A stretch of 64,000 nt of DNA from the human T2T-CHM13v2.0 reference genome, Homo sapiens, in assembly GCF_009914755.1 (NCBI RefSeq), contig NC_060934.1. The stretch is one strand, 5' to 3'. Position numbers and translations under genes: made by a program. Below, piece after piece: positions 40,035 through 55,213 of the stretch. Below the pieces are notes generated by a model. It did not search any database and had not been told where the DNA came from. It saw nothing but the letters and a program-made list of their open reading frames with translations. Each line of letters starts with the position of its first letter. The stretch's first letter is position 1.

Positions 40035-40488
40035 GTACGTCTGTACGTGGCCAATTAACATTTCGATTTAGAGTCTATGGAGCTGAACAATTTTCAAAAG
40101 TCTGAACTGTTTCTTGAAACTTTTGTTTGTTTGTTTGTTTGTTTGTTTGTTTGTTTTAACTGAGCCTCATTGGTTGCTTGGGCTAGTCTTGAGTTCCCTC
40201 CTGGCCTCAAGCGATCCTCCTGCCTTGGCTTCCCAAAGTGCTGGCATCAATAACTCTTCAGAGAATCCCCAAATTCAGAGTACAGTTATAGGCCCAAATA
40301 TAATAGCTTCCGTGTCCAGCCCTGAAACTGGTTTTACATATTAAAGTACACCGAGGTTTAGAAATGGAATGGAATCATATAGCTCATTATTTGAGTTTCT
40401 CACTCTTCTTCTTTATGGGTTATAAATTTAAATGTGAAAGTTTGTGATTTTTAAAAATGTAAATTATAGGAAATGGAGACTTGAGTGA

Positions 40489-40876
<388 letters not shown>

Positions 40877-40971
40877 TAAAGCAAAATTGTTTGAGAGTTT
40901 TCGTAGATCAGGAGTCATTATATGGGAGTTTTTCTGAGCTTGTAATGTTTTTCATACTTTTTTTTTTAAAG

Positions 40972-41124
40972 ATGCCTGAAGAGCCAAAGCTGACTTTGGA
41001 TGAGTCGTATGACCTTGTTGTTGAAAATGAAGAAGTCCTAACTTTGCAAGAAACTCTGGAAGCACTTAGCCTCTCTGAATATTTTAGCACTTTTGAAAAG
41101 GAAAAGATTGATATGGAGTCCCTG
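40972..41124 (+). CDS. SEC23IP: SEC23IP exon 11 (153 nt), SAM domain start
   Basis: taaag|ATG; MPEEPK...LSLSEYFSTFEKEKIDMESL; CTG|gtactg. Confidence 0.95.
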
Positions 41125-42416
41125 GTACTGATCATAGTTTGCTTCATTTTGTTTGAAATTGTTTTTCTTGTGTAGATTGAAAATTAAGAATAAACATTTT
41201 CGTATCAAAATACACTCCAGAGTAGACAAAGACTGAAATGTTTTAAAAAATTGAAAAACACAGAAGAATATTTTTTTATAATCTGAAAGGCTTTTCTGAG
41301 TATGATGCAAAATCCAGAAGCCATCAAAGAAAAAAATTGTATAACAGTAGACACCATAAACAACATCTAAAGGCCAGTGATACATTTGCAACACACATTA
41401 TAGACAGAGGGCTTACTTCATTGATTTTCAAAGCTTCTACAAATCAGTTACAGAAAGACCATCACATCAGTGTGATATGTAAATAGGCAAAGAATATAAA
41501 CATGATTTACAGAAAAGGAAATAACAAATGGTGTCTTCGCATATGAAAACTCATAAGAGAAATGGAAATTGAAAGTACAATGGGATTTTTTTTAACTTAC
41601 CAGTTTGAAAAAATAGGAAGTTTGAAAATATGCTATGTGGCCAGGGTGAAGGGAACTAGGCATTGTTATATATTGTTGGTCAGACTGTAAAATATTACAA
41701 ACTCTTTGGAAGGCAGTTTGGCAATATCTTTAAGAATATAAAAATTACCCTTTGCTTCATCAGTTTCATTGCCAGGAATATTTCCTATAGAGAAATATTC
41801 AAACAAGAATTATCTACAAGGATACTCACAGCAGTGTTTGCAAGGTAAAAAAACATTAGAGACACCATTGGTGTTGAGGAGTAGGGTGCTAGTGAAATCA
41901 TTTATGGTGCATCCGCATAACGGAGTACCCTACAGCTGTTGAATGAATGATGCAGTGTCAGAGATACCCGTCTCTAAGGTACATTTACATGAAGAGAGCA
42001 GAGTTCATTACTGTGTGCATAGTAGAGCACACACACAGAGAAAAACATGTAAGTGCTATGCATACATAAGACATCGCTTCAAAGAGAGCAAGTTTCCACA
42101 GTTGCGCTGAGAGGAGAATTCTATGTTTGGGACAGCAGTGGGAGGAAGATATTTCATCGTATGCTTGCCTATAGCTTTGGAATTTTGTATACCATATGTG
42201 TATTTTCTGTTAATTAATAGAATGATTTAGGTGTGGAAGCCTAAGATTTTATAGCCTAAACTGATGCATGATTTAAATACAAAATAACTAACTTGTAAAA
42301 AGTTGAGTGGCTCTTAGATTGCTTTAGATGATGTGGTTTCTTTATAATTTTCATATTCTCATTTCAGTTCTTCTATCACTAGATTGATTAATGTGCTTGT
42401 CTGTTTCCTTTTAAAG

Positions 42417-42512
42417 CTTATGTGTACAGTTGATGACCTGAAGGAAATGGGGATACCCCTTGGACCCAGAAAGAAGATAGCTAACTTTGTAGAACATAAA
42501 GCAGCCAAACTG
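42417..42512 (+). CDS. SEC23IP: SEC23IP exon 12 (96 nt), SAM domain end
   Basis: taaag|CTT; LMCTVDDLKEMGIPLGPRKKI...AAKL; CTG|gtaaag. Confidence 0.96.
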
Positions 42513-45011
42513 GTAAAGTTCACCTCTGACTCAAGAAAAACTAAAACTCATGGTGTGACCAGCTCGTTTATATTATAGAAAATTTTAATACTACTATGGT
42601 TAGGTAAGCTAGTTTGCTCCCTACCTAGGGCACAGTAATGGAGCTGATGGAAACCCAGACTTAGGAGTCAGAGTTGGGCTTAAGTCCACATTAGGCTAAG
42701 TGACCATCCTGGTTTTCCTGGGACTAAGTTCCTAGGATGAAGGGCTTTCAGTTTTAAAATGGATATTTAAGGTTTTCCTGGTGCAAACAGTGGTTAAGTT
42801 CTGACAAATAAATTCTCAGCTCAACTGCTCATTAACTGCGTATTAATGAGCAATTTGTATTTGGTTTTATTCATTTGTTTATTTTGAGATGGGATCTTGC
42901 TGTGTTTCCCACTGCTGGTCTCAAACTCCTGGGCTCAAGCTATCCTCCCGCCTCAGCCTTCTGATCATGAGTGATTTTCTTAATTTTTCTGATCCTTTGT
43001 TTTCTTCATTTCTAAAATGGAATAATACCTTCCTTACAGGATTGGAGTAAGCATGAAATAATGCATGCAAAGCTTAGCACCAAGTAATAGCTCACTTTCT
43101 TCCCAGTCCTTACCATCTAAAGAGATGAGGAAAAACATACACACTGAAGTCTTAAACACTAAACAGCAAAAATTGTTAACAATACAAAACAAGGCAACAG
43201 CTAAAAAGCATTTAAAACTAGAACAACTGGAAAATATACTTGTTTTATTAATTTTAATTTATTGATCAAATTAATTTTACAGAGGTTTTCTAATTAGAAA
43301 AATTAGATGACTCTTAGGGTGGCCGTCTTATTTGTATTGTTATTAACATGCTCTTTGATGATCCTTCCATCTTTTGAATTTCTATGGTTCTATTATTTTA
43401 CTACCTGTTTGGAACTTAACCTACATCATTTCTTTATATGGGAAATGACTATAAAGTCATAGGACTGATTTTTTTTTTAATGGTTAGCTTAAGGAATTGA
43501 GTCTCTCAGCATTTTATTGAATAGCAGCTACCTCTTTTGAGTCAGGCACTGTGTTCAATTCTTGGGAGCCGGAGATTAACCAAGAGTGTGCTGTCTAGTT
43601 GCGGGGAGCACGTTGAGCTCAAATGACAACATACCAGCCCCATAATAGCGTGCTGTGTGTGCTGTCCTGAGGCAGATGAGAGGTGGCAGTTCTGGCTTGT
43701 TGAGACAAGCATGGGGTTGGTGAGAGAAGACTTCTCCAAGGTGATGGTGCTTGAGCTTGAAGGAGGGGTAAGGTCAGGGGAGATGGCCTTCTGGAATCTG
43801 GCATGTGTTTTCCTGTAGCATCAGGGAAGCTGGAAACTGGGAAGGGCAGAGGGTTCCAAAGGCCCAGGTGGCAGGTGTGGAGGCTTGGATTTTCTCTTGT
43901 AAGGGAGTGGTTTTCAAACATGTTCTTATGGCCATGAAAGTCATGGTGTTTTTAAACATTACAAAATGCTGACCTGCTTATTCTATCACAAGTTATGATT
44001 TAGCACCAAATCATCTGTGTAGTCTAAATTTTAATTTTAACTTTTGGACTGTGGAGAGTTTGCTTGGTCACAGTGCACAGATGAAGTTGGAAAGGCGTGA
44101 AGTGGAGGCGGCTGCAATCTTACATAGTAGTAATTGTAATTGTACAGTGACTGAAAGAGAGATGATAGGGGTATAAGGTAGGAGGTGGAGAGGAAGGGAG
44201 CAACTCAAAAGACATTTTAGACATAGACAAGCAGTATTTGATTAAGTGCTGAGAAAGGTTATTAGTTTTGGCAGTTAAGAGGTATCTTTCATGTCATTTT
44301 TCTTGTGTGTTGAATCGTTCTGTAATTCCAATTTACAAAGAGCTTTTCATCTCACCTGAGCCTCACAACAACCCTGTGAGTAGATCCCCAGGCTTTTGTC
44401 TCTGATGAGCACAATAGTCAAACTGAGACTAGGACACAAGCATGTCAGTGTTGTTTCTGTATACAGGCTGCGTGCTCCATACAGAAAAATGCTTGTCTCC
44501 GTGTATACATCAGTGAAGCAAAAGCCTATAAAAAAAAAAAACAAAAAAAACAAGAAATGAGAAGCTTTGTGTTCAGGCCCTACACCATGTTCTTAATTTA
44601 TTCTGTAATGAAAGGGAAAAAAGTAGAAAAGGATTCTATAGTTCTTGAAGAATTTCTAGAAGGAGACTGGTTTATGGACTGCAGTTGCTTAGATATATAA
44701 ATTATGGCATTATAAGAATGTTTTGAAATGAGCAAAAATCTATAGAGTGATCTTATTTTTTAAATTAAAAGGTAATTGCCTTTGGATGAACCATGAAACT
44801 TTCTCAGCTGAGTTGCCATTGATTGCTTTACACTTCTTACAGATAACAAGGTGCTACTAGATCAATACAAAAGTAATATGGTGTGTCCTGTTGATTTACT
44901 GTAACTGAAATAATGGGACCAAAATTAGCGATTATTTTATAACAAGGAGATCAAATATTTGTGATATTTGTGACTGTGTGCTTTTTTTTTCTTTTTAAAG
45001 CATCTTAGTAA

Positions 45012-45392
<381 letters not shown>

Positions 45393-46261
45393 TAAACACT
45401 GTTGGTTCACAGTTTAAAAAGTATTGCAAATTTAACAAAGCAACTCTTGGCAACAGGACAGTTTCTGATCTCCTTAGACAGCTCTCAGCAATTTAGAATG
45501 TTTTATGAATTTAACAGGAGGTACTTCTGAGTGAGAAAGCAGATTTAAAGTGAGGAACCCTGAAAATGTTCCTTATTTCGGATTTTAGGCTTAATTTTGT
45601 GTTGCCTCCGAAGGGCAGAGATAACCAAGCCTTCTAAAACATTAACGGTGGAAACAGTTACAAGCTGGCTAAGAGTTTTCTTTTTTATAGATTGCCTTTT
45701 CAATTAACCAGTTACTTACTTTCCTGATTTCCTGGTGTTTGGAATTAAATAATAAGATCATTTTGGCCAGCTGTGGTTGTTTAGGCACTGTCGATAGCTG
45801 TTTAAATCGAGACTAACACTTAGCCATTCACAGCCTAACAAGTCCCCCTCCCACCCAACTGTTTAAATTTCTCTGATGTTATTGTTGCTGCTGTATTCAA
45901 GGCAAATTAGAAAACCAGTGTGAATGGCTTTTCTCTCGTTATAGAGATAACACCTTTTTTTTTTTTGAGACGGAGTCCCGCTCTGTTGCTCAGGCTGGAA
46001 TGCAGTGGCGGATCTCGACTCACTGCAACCTCCGCCTCCCAGGTTCAAGCAATTCTCTTGCCTCAGTCTCCTGAGTAGCTGGATTACAGGCGCGCGCCAC
46101 CATGCCCGGGTAATTTTTTTTGTATTTTTAGTAGAGACGGGGTTTTGCCATGCTGGTCTCAAATTCCTGACCTCAGATGATTCGCCCGCCTCGGCCTCCC
46201 AAAGTGCTGGGATTACAAGCGTCAGCCACTGGGCCCAGCTGAGATAACACCTTTTATATAG

Positions 46262-46692
<431 letters not shown>

Positions 46693-47563
46693 TGAGTTCA
46701 TTTCTATGTTCTGTGTTCATTTCTGTTTCATGAGAGAGCTCAGGTAGCTCCCTCATGCTTCTTTCTAGTTAACTCCTCCTACCACAAAACCACTCTTCTG
46801 ATTTCCTTCAATATGGAATAGTTCGCCTATTTTAAAAATTCATCTAAGTAGCATGAACAGTATGTATTCTTTTATACCTGGTTTCTTTTACTCAGTATTT
46901 TTGAGATTCGTCTAATGAGAGCCAATACTTCTGCTTAGTTGTAACTGTCTTGCTATACTTTCTTTGCTTCTTAATTATTTTTCTTAAGAATTTTAAACTA
47001 TAGACATCATGACATTTGTTCCCTAAATATTCAGTATGCATTTCTAAAAAGGACATGTAAACATTTTTTTTAATTTAAAAATTTTTTTGAGACAGGTCTC
47101 TCTCTGTTGCCCAGGGTGGAGTGCAGTGGTACGATCACAGATCACTGCAGCCTTGACCTTCTAGGCTCAAGTGATCCTCCCACCCTAGCCTCCTGAGTAG
47201 CTGGGACCACAGGTGTGCACTACCAGGCCTGGCTAATTTTTTCTTTTTTCTAGAGATGGAGGTCTCACTATGTTGCCCAGGTTGGTCTTGAACTCCTGGT
47301 CTCGAGCTATCCTTCCACCTTGGTCTCCCAAAGTGCTGAGATTACTGGGGTGAGCCACTGTGCCTGACCTGGACATTTTTTTAAATTAGCTGAAGCAAAA
47401 GCTGCAGAGAATAAAAAGGCATTTTTTAAAGTAATCACAATGTTGTTACTATTCCTAAGAAGTTGCTAATCATTCCTTAATACTGAGATAGCATGTTTTG
47501 TAATGATAGCTGAGAGCTGAACTTTTTCTCATGATTATGTTACTAAATTTTGGTATTTTACAG

Positions 47564-47755
47564 AAAAAAGCAGCGTCAGAAAAGAAGGCAGTGGCGGCCA
47601 CTTCTACAAAAGGACAAGAGCAAAGTGCCCAGAAGACTAAAGACATGGCTTCCCTCCCCTCAGAATCCAATGAGCCAAAGAGGAAACTTCCAGTTGGTGC
47701 TTGCGTGTCTTCTGTGTGTGTGAATTATGAATCTTTTGAAGTTGGCGCCGGACAG
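47564..47755 (+). CDS. SEC23IP: SEC23IP exon 13 (192 nt)
   Basis: tacag|AAA; KKAASEKK...EVGAGQ; CAG|gtgagt. Confidence 0.95.
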
Positions 47756-48819
47756 GTGAGTTTACATATTGACTGGGGCTACATAGTTCATGTTGGAATC
47801 ATAATCTTTATCATTTGGGTTGGCTTTAAGTTCTTTAAATATTTATTTAACATTTATTTGTGATGTGGAAAAAACTGATTTTCTCTTAGTGAAAATTTTT
47901 TTCTTCTTCAACAGTGCTCACAATAAGGGATTAAATGCATACAGAACGTGTTGTCTAACTTTTGAAATTGTCTCTATTTCAGTTTTCCCACCGCTCATAC
48001 TTTTATAGCATCAGTCTCTTATAGCCACTAACAACAGAAGTGGCCATAGTTAAGAAATTATGTTCAGAATATACTTCAGTTTCTGTGAGAGCAACTTGGC
48101 TGTATTCACTCAACTTATGTTTCCTAGTACTCATAATTCTTCCCTTGGGGAAAAAGTCTTATAAAAATTGACCAATGCTGCATTTAATGATATACTTTAA
48201 CATACTTGTATCACAGTGGCTTTTAGAATTATTAAAATCCTTTTAGACAGTGTTACTGTCAGGATATTTACAGTTGGGTATATAAAGATGCATTTCCATA
48301 AGTAAGTTCATGAAGGTACAAAATGAAATTGGATGTTTGATTTGTATTAAAAATGAAGTTTTAGAGGAATATATTCTTATGTAAGTAAATGTTCCTTTAC
48401 AACTTCATTTTCTTTTCTTTTTTCCCTTTTTGGAGACAGAGTCTTGCTCTGTTGCACAGGCTGGAGTGCAGTGATGCAATCATAGCCCATTGTAACCTCA
48501 AAACAAGGGTTTAGGGTTTGGGTTTAAGGGATACCTCCTACCTCAGCCTCCCAGGTAGCTGGGAGTGTAGCCCTGCACCACCACACCTGGCTAATTTTTT
48601 CATTTTTTGTAGAGACAGTCTTGCTGTGTTGCTCAGGTTAGCCTCGAACTCCTGGCCTCAAGCAGTCTTCCTGACTTGGCTTCGCAAAGTGCCAGGATTA
48701 CAGGCATGAGCTACTGCATCGGGCCTCCAGCTGCATTTTTAATGACTGCCGTAATCAGTAATGACTAATTTCACTGTTTGGAGAGATAATGACTTATTCT
48801 TATTTCCTTATTATTGAAG

Positions 48820-49281
48820 GTATTAGTTTCTTAAGGCTGCCATAACAAAGTTCCACAACCTGGGTGGCCTTGAACAGTAGAAATTTGTTGCCACACAGTT
48901 CTGCAGAGCAGAAGAGATAGGGTGGTGGTGGGACTATTTTCTCTCTGAAACTTGGAGGGGAATCCTTTCGTGTTTCTTCGAGCTGCTAGGGATTTGCTGG
49001 CCATCTTTGGCAGTTATAGGTTTATAGATGCATCCCTCCAGGCTTCTTTTCTATGTCATATTCTCCTTATCTCTTAATATCATCTTCCCTCTGTGAGTGT
49101 CTGTCAGTGTGTCCAAATTTCCCCTTTTTATGTATCAGTCAGATTAGGGCCACCACAGTGATCTCATTTTAACTTGATTACCTTTTTAAATACCCTATTT
49201 CCAAATAAAGTCACATTATGAGGTATTAGGGGTTAGGACTTCAACATAAATGTTTTGTGAGGACACAATTCAACCCATCAT
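48820..49281 (-). mobile_element. MLT1-type MaLR LTR
   Basis: ggctgccataacaaag...accctatttccaaataaagtcacatt...acacaattcaacccat; reverse complement resembles the element at 29.9 kb. Confidence 0.8.
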
Positions 49282-50713
49282 ATTAAACATGTAGGCAATT
49301 TCTACTTTTTACTCTTTTAAGTAGTCTAGTGATGAACATTTTAAAGCCAGTTTTCTGTGCACATTTTTTATTATTTCTTCCAGTTAAGTTGGTAGACATA
49401 GGGTAGCTGGGCCAAAGGATGGACACAGTCCCTTCGCTGGGAGAGACATCAATCTGTATTCTCACTGGCAGTTTAGAAGGTTGCCTGTTTCCTCTGTCCA
49501 TTGCCAGTACTGGTATTATCATTTTCCTTTAAAAATATGTAGTAGTTTCACTTTGACAACGCTATTGTAAAGAATTAATTTTTTGTGTGTATTTTCATAC
49601 AGTTTTTTTCTTTCTTGTTAGTACTTCTTACTTTTTAGTATTTCATTTACGTTTCTGATAACCCCATAGGGAAAATGGTATCACACTGTATTTCTTTGAG
49701 CACTAGTGAGGTTATTTTCTCATATGTTTTTTAAACATTTTTCTTTTGTGAAGTGTTGAATTTACCTGTTTTTCTATTTGGTTTCTTTTTTCCTTTACTG
49801 ACATTTATAAAATATTTACATATTAAGGTTATTAGCTCCTTGTCATGTATGTTATAAATATTTCTTCCAGTTTGTAATTGTTCTTTAACTTTCTTTTTCT
49901 TCTTTTTGTTTGCTGGAACAAAACTGTCGAATTTGCAAATATAAGGGCAAGCCTAGGAATGTGAAGTCTAGACTTTGTTAGAAGGGGCAGCTTAGTGTAG
50001 TAGAAAGAGAATTGGATTTGGAATTAGAAGTCCCACATCTAAGTCAGCACTCCATCACTCACTGGCTCTGTGTTCTTGGGTTAAGTCATGTCACATATTT
50101 GAGCTTTGCCATAGGCATAATGGTTCTTGCCTTGCCTCCCTCTTTCTATGGACCTCTGTTGAACACTTGGATTATGCCATTCATTGTGCTTCACTCTCAA
50201 GATACTAAAATAAAAAGACACATTTCCTGCTACTGAGAAACAGATGAAAGAGCTTTGCAAATTGTACAGTGCTATTCAGATGACAGTGCTTTCTCTTGAG
50301 AGAGGCTACATGTAAGCTACTCAAAATGTGCTCTTTCAGGACAAATCATTTTTCTGATGGAAAGAAACTTAACTGGAGAGGATGATAGTTATAATAGTAA
50401 CAGAAGTAATGCTCATTGAGTGCTTAAGCTGTGCCGAGCTCGTGCTAAGCACTTTATGTGGATTAGGTTATTTATTTTTCAATCACATGTGAGCTTGGCA
50501 TTGTTATAATCCCCATTTTATAAATCAGGAAACTGAGGTGGAGGAGAGAGAGGTTAAGAAACTTGCCCAAGGTCACACAGTGAATGAAACCATGATTCAG
50601 ACCCAGGCAGTTTGAGTTTAGAAGTCTAAAGTTTTAACCATATTTATAACCATAATAAATATAGTAATTCTTATATACTATTATGCCGTGCAAAACAATA
50701 TGTAAAAGTATAG

Positions 50714-50998
<285 letters not shown>

Positions 50999-51134
50999 TG
51001 ATCCGCCCACCTTGGCCTCCCAAAGTGCTGGGATTACAGGCATGAGCCACCACGCCCGGCCTGAAAATTCAAAAGAATTTTCTACTAGGTGACATTGGAA
51101 CAATCATCTTTCATTGTTATTTGATTCTTTCCAG

Positions 51135-51290
51135 GTTTCTGTTGCTTACAACTCATTAGATTTTGAACCAGAGATATTCTTTGCCTTGGGGTCTCCAATT
51201 GCTATGTTTCTCACTATTCGAGGAGTTGATAGGATAGATGAGAATTACAGCCTTCCTACCTGTAAAGGGTTCTTCAATATTTATCATCCG
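51135..51290 (+). CDS. SEC23IP: SEC23IP exon 14 (156 nt), DDHD domain start
   Basis: tccag|GTT; [14 protein letters not shown]...FFNIYHP; CCG|gtgagt. Confidence 0.96.
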
Positions 51291-51856
51291 GTGAGTAATT
51301 GAATTTACTTTGTTTTTTAAAATCCTTTTTTCTTTTTTAAACATTTTTTACTTTTTTATAGAGATGGGGTCTTACTATGTGGACCACACTGGTCTCAAAC
51401 TCCTGGCCTCAAGTGATCCTTCCATCACAGCCTCCCAAATCGCTAGGATTATAGGCATGAGCCACTGTGCCTGACCTTTTACTTTCTTTTTTGAAGAAGA
51501 TGAAGAACCTGTCCTCTTTATCCTAGTAAATTCTCATATTCTTATTTCTTGGGAATTAATACCTATCTTGATTTTATAAGGTTCAGCTTTCTGTTCTAAG
51601 AGGTATAGTCTGACACTTTCCAATAAACTTATCAAAAGCCTTTGTTCAGGGAAATAATTCTTTTGCTTTGCTTGCAAAGTAATCTTACACACAAACTAGA
51701 AAATCTTTTCATAATTGTCAGTATTTGAATAAGGTGTGGAGAAAAATAAAAATCTCTGATTTGCCATGTATCCATTTTCTTACCCAGCGAAGGCATATAA
51801 CTCAAAACAGCTTTCATAAATTTCTTTTATTTATTCATAAATTCTTCTATTTATAG

Positions 51857-51959
51857 CTTGATCCAGTGGCATATAGATTAGAACCTATGATTGTTCCAGA
51901 TTTGGACCTAAAAGCTGTTCTCATTCCACATCACAAAGGCAGAAAAAGACTTCATTTAG
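51857..51959 (+). CDS. SEC23IP: SEC23IP exon 15 (103 nt)
   Basis: tatag|CTT; [12 protein letters not shown]...[10 protein letters not shown]; TAG|gtaaaa. Confidence 0.96.
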
Positions 51960-53038
51960 GTAAAAAGCAAATACTATAAAAACTTTTTTTCCTGTCATTT
52001 GTAATCTGTAATGAATTATGAAAATTTTGACACTAAATCGTCTCTGAGAGAATTAATATTATTTAAGTGCCTACTATGTTCAGAACTTTTAAACTAAGAA
52101 TTTGGAAGAGCTTTAACAAAATTACAAATGAATTATTTCTCTTTGATGGCATTCTAATTGTCAAGGTAATTAGGAATAGGGAGAAGTTGGTAATAAGGCA
52201 ATAAGATGCATAATTAGATTTTGATAGAGTTTGGTTACAAGTTTTGGAATTAGGAAGAAGAACAGTATTTAAAGTAATGAACAGACCATCAAGAAATAAA
52301 CTTGATGTTGTCGAAGTGAGCTGTTATTTTCTTGCTAACTAGACACACCTTCCTGTTAAAAAAATTCATTAAACATAATGGATTGGTGATTCCAAGTTGA
52401 ATTTAGGTTTCTCTTCTTCCTGTTAATGGTGTGTATTAACGCTACATTTAAAAGTTTGGGTGGAAGGGATGGGAGGGGTAGAAGAGAAGGAAAAGTGATT
52501 ACGCACTCTTATGTGAAAGTGTGTTTTTTGTTTGTTTTGCTAACATGCTTTTTAAAAATATTGAACTCTTTTGAAGTTAAAATAAGGCATGCGTTTGATA
52601 ACTCAGAGACCTTGAATTCACATGTGATTATTAGACAACAGTAGAAAAAGTGAAGGAGCAGGGATTTCTTCATTTCTAAATTGGAGTTTAAATTGTGGTT
52701 TTATCAGAATGTTTAATTCTCCACTTGAACCTGGGAGGCGAAGGTGGCAGTGAGCCAAGATCGTGCTACTGCACTCCAGTCTCCGAGAGACTCCGTCTCA
52801 AAAAAAAAAAAAAAAAAGAATCCTCAAAACCACTTCCTGTTTACAGATTAGAAAAACAGTGATTTTTAAATCTCGTAGGCCTCTTTTTATTTTTATTTTT
52901 TATTTTAAATAGAGACAGGGTCTCACTATGTTGCCCAGGCTGGTCTTGAACTCCAGGCCTCAAATGATTCTCTCTTCTTGACCTCCCAAAGTTTTGGGAT
53001 TACTGGCATGAGCTACTGTGTCTGGCCCCTATGTTTAA

Positions 53039-53260
<222 letters not shown>

Positions 53261-53660
53261 TAGTAGAGACGGGGTTTCACCGTGTTAGCCAGGATGGTCT
53301 CGATCTCCTGACCTCGTGATCCACCCACGTCGGCCTCCCAAAGTGCTGGGATTACAGGTGTGAGACACCGCGCCTGAATGTGCTTACGTTTTTATGGTAT
53401 TTGAACTTCTTTTATTTGGAGAGAGAAAATTTATAGATTTTTGCTGGATCAAGTTTAGTCATTAAAAAAAAAAGCAATAAGACTATCCATGACATTTTAA
53501 CATGCTGAGGGTTCTTGGCTGAGGCACTCCGTACATTTGACATTGAAAAGAGGAAGAAACAGTCTTATCCTGTCTGAGAAGAGTGTTAACTTACAATTTT
53601 TGTGAGGCAGAAGTTTACCCAGTGACTAATTAACTTGTTGTGTCATCTTAATCTCTTTAG

Positions 53661-53846
53661 AATTGAAAGAGAGTCTCTCTCGTATGGGATCTGATTTGAA
53701 GCAGGGTTTTATTAGCTCTCTCAAAAGTGCTTGGCAGACATTAAATGAGTTTGCCCGTGCTCATACGTCTTCAACCCAGTTGCAAGAAGAATTGGAGAAG
53801 GTGGCCAATCAGATCAAAGAAGAAGAAGAAAAGCAAGTAGTTGAAG
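53661..53846 (+). CDS. SEC23IP: SEC23IP exon 16 (186 nt)
   Basis: tttag|AA; LKESLSRMGSDLKQ...KQVVE; AAG|gtaaat. Confidence 0.96.
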
Positions 53847-54532
53847 GTAAATTTGACATTTGAGGCATTTTCTAATACAAATGTTTCATATGAACATAAT
53901 ACTTAAAAGTTATATGATGATGCATTTCCTTTCTAGACTTTTTGGTTAAATTATAGAAGCTCTTTAAAGGAAAATCTGTTAAGATAAACTGTACTGTCAA
54001 TAGCATTACTTCAAAATCCATGCCATCTTTTTTTAGTGGGTTTTTATCTGATAGTTACTGAACTTTTTCCTCTGCAATTTAAAAATTATATTGAGATTCT
54101 TAAGGCCAGAGTGGAATATCCGAGTTGAGAACTCAATTTGTTTTAGGGTTTGCATTTTAAAGACTCAATCTGAGAGGTTTTCTTCCTGAAACTGTTGTTT
54201 AACTATGTTACAGACTTGACATGCAATGTGAAGGTCATCGTGCTGTGATGTTTTTGACTTCTTCAGATTCTAATCCTGTTTCCTTTCTTTCTACAATGCT
54301 TTCTCACCCCTTATCTTCACAACTTCTCTCAGCTTGTTGGCTCTTTTCTCCTCTCTCTCGGGTAACCAGCCCCTCTTCCCCTGGCTCTTTGGAGGAACGG
54401 GGAGTGAGCCTGGTAGCTCCTCAGGTTGCTACATGCGTCAAGCAGTATTCTCATTGAGCCCAGAAAGTCAGCTAAAGTCAAAGGATAAAGATTAAGTGAT
54501 TGACTTTGATATTGAAATGGTTTAAATTCTAG

Positions 54533-54695
54533 CAGAAAAGGTTGTTGAAAGTCCAGATTTTTCCAAGGATGAGGACTACTTAGGAAAGGTTGGAATGTTA
54601 AATGGAGGCCGCCGAATTGACTACGTTCTCCAAGAAAAACCAATAGAGAGTTTTAATGAATACCTTTTCGCTCTTCAGAGTCACTTATGCTATTG
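54533..54695 (+). CDS. SEC23IP: SEC23IP exon 17 (163 nt)
   Basis: tctag|CA; EKVVESPDF...[10 protein letters not shown]...QSHLCY; TTG|gtaagt; tandem TAGCAG acceptor. Confidence 0.95.
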
Positions 54696-55213
54696 GTAAG
54701 TGTTCTTAAATTTGGTAACATTTGAGTGGGCTTTTGGTGCTAGCACGTGCAGCAATTTTAGTTTTAGTGAGATTCTTTTACTGATACAATGTACTATGAA
54801 TATTCATTTGAATTACTATATGTTCAGAATCGTTATTTTTCCCCCTTAGTTACCCACAAGATGGCAGTATGTCATCTGCTTTTGACCAAAGACCCTTGGT
54901 TCTTGCACACTGTTTTTGTGGGACTGCCTTTCACAGTGGGAGTGGTAGGGACTTTGAAATGCCATTCTTTCCTGTATCCCTGTCACCAAGGAGAATTGCA
55001 ACACAGCTATTTTGGAGCTAATCAGTATTCATCTAGTTTTTAAGGACAGCTCTGAGATTACGCTGCTTTATTTATTACACTGAGATTACATTGCTATCAT
55101 TTGCCCTTCTTAGATAGAGTTGAATAGAATAGAACCTGCATTTTCAACCATTGTGCATAGAAGTTAATTTCTTCTAATTGTCTCTTAAGTAAATATGCTT
55201 TTCCTTTTCATAG

